Assembly (NCBI GenBank): GCA_049971805.1
Contig: JBMFKU010000032.1
Coordinates: forward strand, 1-12,810
Direction of reading: 5' to 3'
DNA from: Caldisphaera sp.
GTDB taxonomy: Archaea; Thermoproteota; Thermoprotei_A; Sulfolobales; Acidilobaceae
Length of the DNA stretch: 12,810 nt
In this document: positions 1 to 7,776 of the stretch, piece after piece
Numbering within the stretch: the stretch's first letter is position 1
How the letters are laid out: every line of letters begins with the position of its first letter
Notes under the pieces: model-generated
The model's database searches: none
Told to the model about the DNA's origin: nothing
Seen by the model: the letters and a program-made list of their open reading frames with translations, nothing else
Program-made: the position numbers and the translations under genes

Positions 1-628
1 GGCTTGTCAAGTTTTTGACTACAATAAATTTTAAATGGGGGATATCTTTTAGGCTTAAAGTTCTTCCAAATTCTTCGTTAATTACTTTTACATCAACTTC
101 TTTATTCCAATTTTTGCAAGATACATAAACCCTAAAATTGTTATCATAAACTATTTTCTCTGCCCATACATCTACTTCTAAATATTTACCGATTCTGGTT
201 AACAACTTTGCATTCACATCTATTTGAAACCCTAGTTCGCTCAATACATTAGCAACTATCGATTCAAGGAGTTCCCTTGATGGATTCTTACTTTGAAACA
301 TATTAGCAGCAGAAAGAAAATTCGGATTTTGTCCTTTACATGCCCTTTTTATGAAATAGCTAACAGAGCTTATAGGTCTTCCAATTTTTTCCGATATTTC
401 TAACAAAGGTCGATTTTTGTAATATTCTTTGCATATAAATTCTCCTTCTTTTTTGGTAATCTTTCCTCTAGTATTATAAGATTGTTTTCTTGAAGGGCCT
501 ATACCATGTTTTCTCAAAATTCTATAAACAGTATAAGCACCAATATTATGAGATTTAGCTATTTCAGAAATTTTTAAGCCATTAAAATAATCTTTAACTA
601 TTTTATCTTCCTCAATTTTTGTAAGCAT
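1..628 (-). CDS. Tandem-HTH plus Mrr-like PD-(D/E)XK restriction endonuclease domain protein; 3' end runs off the window
   Basis: Not in the ORF track. Manual translation from the ATG at 628 gives 209 open codons. Two HTH-like segments (KISEIAKSHNIGAYTVYRILRKHGI; PLLEISEKIGRPISSVSYFIKR) are followed by RELLESIVANVLSELGF...EVDVWAEK...VYVSCKNWNKEVDVKVINEEFGR, the typical Mrr_cat layout (E..L...GF, D, xCK, V..V.E). Confidence 0.85.
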   Translation of the reverse strand, partial: MLTKIEEDKIVKDYFNGLKISEIAKSHNIGAYTVYRILRKHGIGPSRKQSYNTRGKITKKEGEFICKEYYKNRPLLEISEKIGRPISSVSYFIKRACKGQNPNFLSAANMFQSKNPSRELLESIVANVLSELGFQIDVNAKLLTRIGKYLEVDVWAEKIVYDNNFRVYVSCKNWNKEVDVKVINEEFGRTLSLKDIPHLKFIVVKNLTS

Positions 629-659
629 CTCTATTACCAATAGAATATAATTTTCCAAA

Positions 660-675
660 GGTTATATATTTTTGA
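660..675 (-). promoter_or_regulatory. Putative BRE/TATA promoter of the HTH-Mrr gene
   Basis: The minus strand reads caaaaATATATAAcc about 35 nt upstream of the ATG at 628, and GGTAAT precedes the ATG. The AT-rich context weakens the call. Confidence 0.4.
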
Positions 676-993
676 ATTGAAAAATTGAATCAATTTTATA
701 TTGAGTTGAGTATCAAGTAATAATTAAAAGAGAAATTGCAACAATATAGATTTACAAATTTTAATCATTTATACGAAAAATTTTACTTCTAATATTTTTC
801 AATATTATTTTAAAAATATAATGGATTGTTTAAAAAGTGAAAAAATTCAACTCGAAAGAATGGAAATAGAAGAGTTAAATGAAAAATTGAAAAAGAATAA
901 GAGTAGAAAAATAGTTATATTTTTAAAAGATGTGCCCGATAATAAAAATTGTTTCTGTTATTGATTATTGTTTGTTTTAATATAGCAAGTTTA

Positions 994-1452
994 TTAAAGA
1001 GACTCAGATAGTTTTGTCACATTATTTATATATTCACTTAATGTCCTACAATAATTATTTTTATCGTCTTTATAACAATTCCTAGATTGATATTCATTCT
1101 TTGATGATGAGTACTTATTCAATAAAAATCTAGAGATTTCTCTAATTAACGAATATTTATCACCGCCAAAGATAAGTGTTTCAGCCATTTTATGCAATAG
1201 TAATGCGCCATCTTTGTCTTTTACTAAGAAATCTACAAAATTAGGAAAGCTATCAAATTTAAACTTTATATCAGATATTTTATCTAATAGTTCTTTTAAT
1301 TTAATATTAGTAGTTTGTAAACCTCTTTGAAAGTTATTAGATCTCTGTAATCTCCATAACAAAGCTTCTATTTCAAAATCAATCGAATATATAGTGAGAG
1401 ATGGTAATGAAGAAATGGATACTTTCAATTCCATTTCATGGATCCATTGCAA
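994..1452 (-). pseudogene. Helical protein, probably a 5'-truncated remnant; weak resemblance to a type III small subunit (Cmr5/Cas11-like)
   Basis: 152-aa ORF with a TTG start (ATG alternative at 1434). It overlaps head-to-head with the csx1-like fragment, leaving no intergenic space for a promoter. ISSLPSLTIYS near the N-terminus and EYINNVTKLSESL at the C-terminus loosely echo Cmr5 motifs. This is an eyeball resemblance only. Confidence 0.35.
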
Positions 1453-1884
1453 AAGAATATTAAGGATATAGTTTTTAGCTCAGAAATAAGTCAAGATATA
1501 ATAGAAAACGAACTAAACAATATTCACGTTGGGTTAAAAAATAACTTTGAGGAATTAGTGAAACAGGCCAAAAAAGATAATTTCAAAATACCATTATATA
1601 AATTTTATAAGACAAAAAGTGATGAAGTTGATAAACAAAACTTAGAAGAAATGATTAAATCTATAGGTCAAACAAAAAGGAACTTTATAGCTCATGCAGG
1701 TCTTTTAAAGGAATTAGTTATTGTTGACGTAAAAGATTTAGTTGATTTAAATAAAAATATGGAAGATTTTGATAAAAAAATAACTAAAGCAAAATTATAT
1801 TATAATAATACAGACGAAAATTTTGATAAAATATTGGAAATATTGAATAAAATAGTTCAAGGTATAGATAACCTGTGGAAATAG
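1438..1884 (+). pseudogene. csx1: C-terminal HEPN ribonuclease portion of a Csx1/Csm6-type CRISPR type III effector; CARF domain absent
   Basis: KRNFIAHAGL (R-x4-H at 1678-1695) is the hallmark crenarchaeal Csx1 HEPN motif. It is preceded by IIENELNNI and followed by LVIV...LYY. The ORF is only 148 aa versus about 400-480 aa for full Csx1, and the frame is closed upstream by TAA TGA at 1405-1410. Confidence 0.7.
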
Positions 1885-2326
1885 TTTTAATATACTAAAA
1901 ATAAATTTAATTAATTTTTTATACCCTTTGAGACTATTAAGTTTTCCTAGACTTATACTTCATCAATTAATCCATTTAATGATAAGAAATTAAAAAAGCA
2001 AGCTATGGAGAATGCAATAAAGTTAATCCTTACCTGATGATGAATTTTGCTTAAGAGGGTAATTGTATTAAGATTGTGAAAATAGTTGTGATGTATTAGG
2101 AAAGTAGATATGCTACATTAGAAAATGACTCAATAGAACCTTTTTACTCTATAGAAAAGGTATATAAGGAAGATAGTGATGTTTTTCTCAATTTATCCCA
2201 ATGATTTAGGAGTTAATGTTTACGATCCCTTAAAAGGGGTGCGCGGCCGAATTAGAAGTGGTTAAAAATAAGGAAAAGTTAAGCCGGGGGAAGGAGGGGG
2301 AGGGGAATAAACACACAAAACATATC

Positions 2327-2430
2327 ATAGCATTTAAAATTTTTAACTTTAAAATAGCAATTAACATTAGGTGATTAAATGTCTTCTAATGATACAACGA
2401 ATCTAAGAAATTTTGTAAACCAAGCAAAGG
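2327..2430 (+). repeat. Direct repeat copy 1: duplicate of the herA promoter, RBS and first 17 codons
   Basis: Ungapped match to 5976-6079 (offset 3649) with 7 mismatches in 104 bp. Includes TTTAAAATTTTTAACTTTAAAATAGCAA, AGGTGA (2369-2374) and the ATG at 2379. Confidence 0.97.
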
Positions 2431-4652
2431 CTTTAAGACTTCTTGATTTAAACAATTTAAAGTACTACTATGGAGTTAATAAGGAACCTCTTGAAATACA
2501 TGAAAAACTTTCTTTATATAAAGGCCCTAAATTTGAAGAAGAGTTAATAAATAGAAAGGAAATCTCAAATAAAATATCATTATGGGATCCGTCTAAAGAT
2601 CCTTTAGTCTATGCCATTGTTGGTGTTTCTGGAGTTGGAAAAAGCTGGCTCACTTACAGAATAGTTAGAGAAGCTTTACTTTCTGAAGCTAATATAAAAG
2701 CTTACGCAATTGATGATATGGAAAATTTTGATTATCCTAAGGATAGATCTCTTTTGCTTATAGACGATTCAAGGGTAAGTGAATCTGAGCTAAAGGAAGC
2801 ATATAAGCTACTTATAAAAGCAGTTAAAAAGCAAGAAAAAGAGGTAACAGGACCAATAATAATTACAACTACAGATATTGATTGGGACACAATTTATAAA
2901 ACAGCTCTAAATGGTCTTAATAGTGATGAGGAAAAAGAAAGATTAAAGAGCAGAACTGTAATAGTTAATGTAGGAAAAGCAAGCAAGGATGAGATGCATA
3001 AAATTCTGGATCAGCTTCTTGGAGGTAAGATTCCCATTTCTAATGATTTAAAAGAAAAAATAATTGAAAATGCTAATGGGTTACCTATAATACTTAGGTA
3101 TTTTATTGAAGGTAAAAAAGCAATAAGACAAAAAGATATAGATGAGATAGAAAAAGATCCAGTGAAATATGCCGCAAAAAAGATAGAGCAATTTTATCTA
3201 TTTGACTGCAAAATATCATCAAGAAGGAAAGAAGACAAAAAGGATTTCTTGCTAATACTTGCCCTCCTTGGTGCTATATTAAAAACTAAAAATGTAGTTT
3301 TAGGCGAGATTGATAAAGATGCACTCAATCTTATATATGGAGAAGATTATGAGAAATCATACATTATAAAATCCCTTGACGCTCTTTTTAATGAGCAAAA
3401 GAAATTAAAGACGAAACAACCTAAGATTGGGACTATAGGATTAACAATGAAAGGAATTTATACAAGGTTTCCTCTTTTCGAAACAGATCCTATTTATGGC
3501 GAAATCAGGCCAATTCACAATTCAGTTAAAAAAGGTTATGATTATTTATTTAAATCAATTTTTGAAAGTTATGAGAGTGAAATAGATGATTGCATAAAAA
3601 ATTTAAGAAGCCAAATGTATAACGTTGAAGAATATCATGAAGTTATTAATGGTATATTGAAAGAATTAGAAAGAATTCCTCAGAATTATTTTAAATTTTT
3701 TGAGGATTACCTTAAAAATAAAGAAAAATATAAGAGATATAATAATAAAAGAAAAAAGTTGGCTTATGATATATTATCGGTCGAATTTTTACATTCTCTA
3801 TGGTATAATAAGGATATTTTTGAGCTTATGGCTCTTGATGTTCTCGTAAATATTGATGATATAGATGATAAGCTTTTACATGGAATCGTTAACTTATTAT
3901 TTAATGATTTTGTTTTGAATAACATAAATGCTTTAAGCAATATTGATGATTTTCACAAACTGTTTTTGGGAGCATTAAAATCTAATGATGAATATGTTCG
4001 CTCACGTGCTTGGGAAAACTTAACAAAACTTATTGATAGGGGAATGATTGATAAAAGAGACTCGGATTACTTCCTCTCTTTATTAAAATCTAGAGATGAA
4101 AAAGTTCGTTTAACTGCTTGGGAAAACTTAACAAAACTTATTGATAGGGGAATAGTTGAATTAGAAAGTGTTAAAATAAGGAAGAATTATTTCTTATCAT
4201 TATTGAAGAGTAGTAACGAATATGTGCGATTAACTGCTTGGGCCGATCTTACGAAACTTATTAGTAAAAAAATTTTAGGTAAAAGGGAAGATTACTTCCT
4301 CTCATTATTAAGAAGTAGTAACGAATATGTACGTCTATATGCTTGGTACAACGTACTTGAGCTCATGGACAAAGGATTGGTTGATTACGAAAAGGTTAAA
4401 GAAAATAGGAGCTATTTCTTATCATTGTTGAAGAGTAATAATGAATATGTACGTTTAACTGCCTGGGAAAACTTAACAAAACTCATTTATAAAGGATTTA
4501 TCGATTTCGATAAGGTTAAAGAAAGGAAGAACTATTTCTTATCATTATTGCAATCTGAAAATAAATATGTTCGCTCACGTGCTTGGGAAAACTTAACAAA
4601 ACTTATTGACATAGGGATTTTAAGTAGAGATTATATAAAAGATAATAAATAA
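2379..4652 (+). CDS. NLR-like STAND-class P-loop NTPase with C-terminal HEAT-like repeats (757 aa)
   Basis: LINRKE pre-motif, Walker A GVSGVGKS (aa 82-89), Walker B LLLIDDS, sensor-1 IIITT and STAND GxP motif NANGLPIIL. Six 35-40-aa repeats LLKSxNEYVRLxAWENLTKLIxxG run from about aa 532. AGGTGA RBS upstream. Confidence 0.85.
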   Translation: MSSNDTTNLRNFVNQAKALRLLDLNNLKYYYGVNKEPLEIHEKLSLYKGPKFEEELINRKEISNKISLWDPSKDPLVYAIVGVSGVGKSWLTYRIVREALLSEANIKAYAIDDMENFDYPKDRSLLLIDDSRVSESELKEAYKLLIKAVKKQEKEVTGPIIITTTDIDWDTIYKTALNGLNSDEEKERLKSRTVIVNVGKASKDEMHKILDQLLGGKIPISNDLKEKIIENANGLPIILRYFIEGKKAIRQKDIDEIEKDPVKYAAKKIEQFYLFDCKISSRRKEDKKDFLLILALLGAILKTKNVVLGEIDKDALNLIYGEDYEKSYIIKSLDALFNEQKKLKTKQPKIGTIGLTMKGIYTRFPLFETDPIYGEIRPIHNSVKKGYDYLFKSIFESYESEIDDCIKNLRSQMYNVEEYHEVINGILKELERIPQNYFKFFEDYLKNKEKYKRYNNKRKKLAYDILSVEFLHSLWYNKDIFELMALDVLVNIDDIDDKLLHGIVNLLFNDFVLNNINALSNIDDFHKLFLGALKSNDEYVRSRAWENLTKLIDRGMIDKRDSDYFLSLLKSRDEKVRLTAWENLTKLIDRGIVELESVKIRKNYFLSLLKSSNEYVRLTAWADLTKLISKKILGKREDYFLSLLRSSNEYVRLYAWYNVLELMDKGLVDYEKVKENRSYFLSLLKSNNEYVRLTAWENLTKLIYKGFIDFDKVKERKNYFLSLLQSENKYVRSRAWENLTKLIDIGILSRDYIKDNK
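3972..4640 (+). repeat. Six tandem coding repeats (HEAT/ARM-like alpha-solenoid units)
   Basis: Visible in both protein and DNA. Units 1 and 6 share an identical 46-nt block (3991-4036 = 4564-4609), and GCTTGGGAAAACTTAACAAAACT or a close variant recurs in four units. Confidence 0.95.
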
Positions 4653-4931
4653 TATATTTTATTTTATATAATTAGTTGTTATCAATATTTTAATTAATTT
4701 ATGTGTTTTTGATAAATTTTCATGATAAAGGTGTGGTCTTATAACTATTTAAAAAATTAGTTGTTTATTAGCGAGCATTATTCTCAATTAATTTGAAATA
4801 TTTTAATAATAAACAACCTTTTTGTTACTGCATTCTTATACAAAGAATTTTTTTCTTTCTTTATACTTTCATTTGCTAAAAATCATACTTGTTAATTTTT
4901 AATTCAAAAATGTAAGAAATTATTATTATGA

Positions 4932-5927
4932 TTATTCGCTCAAGTCTCTCATAGCTTCAATATATCTATTCCAATCATCATAGTTTACTTCCATTAGGCT
5001 CATAGCATTAATAAAAGATATTAAATAAGTTGAGGCACTTAACCTTCTAGAAATCTTATCTGCTGCCTCTATAAAAGTCGGTATTCCTCTTATTGATGTA
5101 TTTTTTATAGAAGTCCATACACCTTCACACAATAATTCCTTATTCCTGCTCTCAACTCTGAAAACGCTATTTCTAACCTTAATGTATACCATATAACGAT
5201 AAAACTTGTTTTTCAATATCTCAACTTCTTCCTTATAAATTGGAGAAATAAATTTATCAAATCCTTTGCTCATCTCAAATACTATTATATCATCAGTTGC
5301 TCCAATATCAACTAATTTTTTATATTTTTTAGCTATGTTTTCTTCCCTGCTTAATTTTCTTGTAAAGCTTAGCCTCTTTACTATTCCTATTAGATTTTCA
5401 GTCTTCCTTTTAATATTAAGAGTTTCAAAAGCTGATTTATAAGGCTCTCCAATAATTTTTGTATATGGTCCAGGAAAAATTGGGCCATCAACAATTAAAA
5501 CCTTGCTCTTAGCGTTGTTTATGGCATAATTCTCAAGGCTTATCCTCAGCTCGTCCAAAATATTATCATCCTTATAGTTAACTGAATATTGCACATGGTT
5601 AACATTTTCAGTAACAATAAAACCTAGATCCTTTACTTTATTTATTACTTCGTTAGATCCCTTTATAGCTATAAATGGTATTGATGCATCTAAAGGTATT
5701 AATATATGCTTCCCATTATCGTTTGCGTATAGCGAAGCTAAGTAAAGGTTTGCCCCTCGTACATTTATTATCCTTGAGGAGCTGTCTAAATAACCAAATT
5801 CATCTAGAGGCTCACATCTATCAATTTCTCCTTCATAATTTATGTAACTCGTTTCATCAATAATGCCCGAAGGTAAATCTGAACCCAAGTAGCTTTCTTT
5901 ATATGATATTTCAGATAAAATCTTCAT
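4932..5927 (-). CDS. nurA: NurA-family 5'-3' nuclease (RNase H-like fold)
   Basis: Catalytic-type motifs FGYLDSSSR and LIVDGPIF, IGIVKR, and a C-terminal RGIPTFIEAADKISR. Divergent from a HerA ATPase gene. The frame stays open upstream (IFTEVDYAIRSL) without a canonical start codon. Confidence 0.88.
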   Translation of the reverse strand: MKILSEISYKESYLGSDLPSGIIDETSYINYEGEIDRCEPLDEFGYLDSSSRIINVRGANLYLASLYANDNGKHILIPLDASIPFIAIKGSNEVINKVKDLGFIVTENVNHVQYSVNYKDDNILDELRISLENYAINNAKSKVLIVDGPIFPGPYTKIIGEPYKSAFETLNIKRKTENLIGIVKRLSFTRKLSREENIAKKYKKLVDIGATDDIIVFEMSKGFDKFISPIYKEEVEILKNKFYRYMVYIKVRNSVFRVESRNKELLCEGVWTSIKNTSIRGIPTFIEAADKISRRLSASTYLISFINAMSLMEVNYDDWNRYIEAMRDLSE

Positions 5928-5975
5928 TAATGATCTTATTGCATAGTCTACTTCCGTAAAGATCCCTATTAAATT

Positions 5976-6079
5976 ATAGCGTTTAAAATTTTTAACTTTA
6001 AAATAGCAAATAACATTAGGTGATTAAATGTCTTCTAATGATACAATAGATTTAAGAAATTTTATAAACCAAGCAAAGG
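5976..6079 (+). repeat. Direct repeat copy 2: native nurA/herA divergent promoter region plus herA 5' end
   Basis: 97 of 104 positions identical to 2327-2430. Contains TATA-like TTTAAAA boxes and AGGTGA at 6018-6023 before the ATG at 6028. Confidence 0.97.
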
Positions 6080-7665
6080 AAAATGCTAGTAAAAATGGGG
6101 AAGTAGTTGGTATAGCCTCTAGGATAACCCCAATATCATATGGAAAGGAAAATAATGAAATAAAGGCAGAAATCCCATTTGAAGTATATTTAAACAAAAA
6201 ATTTTTGATAGGAAGCTATATTGGTATTTCGTTACCATTTTCAAAATCATTAATTTTAGGAAGAATAATAAATGTAGAGAGATCCGATATTTTAGCAATA
6301 TCAAAAATACCTGCTTTAACTCCAACTGAAGATATCTCCAGTTTAACAACACCTCTTTCATTAACTATTGAGCTTCTATCTGAGGAAATAAACGGAGAAG
6401 TAGTTCCCCCTTCTTCTCCAATAGACCCTCAAAGCCCCATATTTATACCAAATAAGGATTTTATAATAAGAATGCTTGGTTTGCCAAAAGAAGGGGTTGA
6501 GATTGGTAATATAATGGAGGGTTATAAAGAACTGGATATAAGATTAAAGTTAACGGATGAAATCTTAAGACATCATATATTAATTGTAGGAACTACTGGT
6601 GCTGGAAAAACTAATTTGTTAAAGGTAATTATGAGAAACAGTAACATACCTTTGATAGTTTTTGATATACAAGGTGATTATGTTAAGCCAGCAGCTGAGC
6701 TTGGATATAACATAATTGTACCAATAACAAGCGATTATTCTAAATCAGAAATTAATGATATAATAGCTAATTACTTAAAAAGGAGCAACATAAGCAATAA
6801 AGTTGATAAAATAGTAGGTCCTATGGTTTTTCTAGATGGGGAGAAAAAGTTTAAAATTAATCTAATTGGCTTTAAGCTTGTAAAAACTTATGGTTTAATA
6901 GCTGAGGTTTCACCTTTCTTCTCATCCCAAGGTGCAGCATTCTTTAAAATGTTAACAAGTAATTGTGAAGGTACTATAGATTTATGGGAAAAAAATTGCG
7001 AAAGGAACTTAAAAAGCTTGCCTTTACATCAGACAACAAAAGATAACATAATTAGATCAGTAGTATTGCTAAGGGAAACAGGAGTTATTGATACTTATAT
7101 TAAAGAAGGTAAAACCGATCTTTATTTAGATGAACCTCAATATAATGATATAATAAGCGGAAAAACAATAGTAGATTTAAGATTTGTTCTCGAGAAAGGT
7201 GTTTCTGCAGCTACCATGTCCGCTTTTATTATAGCAGAAAGAATATTTGAACTTGTTGATAGTAGGTATAAAAATGAAGGAAAGGAAACACCATTTTTAA
7301 TGATATTTGATGAAGCTCATGAATATTTTCCTCAAAGTGGGAGAGGCGATGAAGGAAAAGAGGCATTAGAAAAATTGATTAACAGAATAATGAGGTTAGG
7401 TAGGGTAAGAGGGATAGGGACGATTCTAGCTACTCATAGGCCTACGGATCTAAATGATTTGATTCTTACTTTAGCAAATACTAAGATAGCGTTGAGGGCA
7501 GACGAAGACGCGTTAATGAAAATTGGCATGGATAAATATACGAATTTATTGCAATCTTCACCAGCAGGATATGGAATAATAAGAACATTTTCTTTAAAAG
7601 TTCACGATTTGGAATTTAGATCTTTAAAGTTCGCAGAAAATTCAGAAAGAAAAGATTCAACATAA
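6028..7665 (+). CDS. herA: HerA-family ATPase/helicase (HAS barrel plus FtsK-HerA ATPase), NurA partner
   Basis: N-terminal HAS-barrel-like region (IGSYIGI...ILGRIINVER...PIDPQSPIF), RHHILIVGTTGAGKTN Walker A, IFDEAHEYF Walker B, RLGRVRG arginine finger and ATHRPTDLN motif. It is a paralogue outside the mre11/rad50 operon. Confidence 0.93.
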   Translation: MSSNDTIDLRNFINQAKENASKNGEVVGIASRITPISYGKENNEIKAEIPFEVYLNKKFLIGSYIGISLPFSKSLILGRIINVERSDILAISKIPALTPTEDISSLTTPLSLTIELLSEEINGEVVPPSSPIDPQSPIFIPNKDFIIRMLGLPKEGVEIGNIMEGYKELDIRLKLTDEILRHHILIVGTTGAGKTNLLKVIMRNSNIPLIVFDIQGDYVKPAAELGYNIIVPITSDYSKSEINDIIANYLKRSNISNKVDKIVGPMVFLDGEKKFKINLIGFKLVKTYGLIAEVSPFFSSQGAAFFKMLTSNCEGTIDLWEKNCERNLKSLPLHQTTKDNIIRSVVLLRETGVIDTYIKEGKTDLYLDEPQYNDIISGKTIVDLRFVLEKGVSAATMSAFIIAERIFELVDSRYKNEGKETPFLMIFDEAHEYFPQSGRGDEGKEALEKLINRIMRLGRVRGIGTILATHRPTDLNDLILTLANTKIALRADEDALMKIGMDKYTNLLQSSPAGYGIIRTFSLKVHDLEFRSLKFAENSERKDST

Positions 7666-7776
7666 ATTTTAATTTTAAATATTTATGTAAATTTGCGTTA
7701 ATTTTTTATAAATATAAGAAATAAAAAGATTTTGCGTTATTTTAGTGTATTCTAAATTAAAAATTCCTTATCAAGA

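Noticed and set aside
1930-2265. Degraded gene or C/D box sRNA (ATGATGA near 2037)
   Set aside because: All frames examined are interrupted with no recognisable family, and there is no properly spaced CTGA D box.
3972-4640. CRISPR array or DGR-like repeats
   Set aside because: The repeats are in-frame coding units of 105-120 nt without unique spacers, and there is no reverse transcriptase in the window.
5675-5863. 62-aa plus-strand ORF
   Set aside because: Antisense shadow inside nurA with no motif.
6119-6361. 80-aa minus-strand ORF
   Set aside because: Antisense shadow inside herA.
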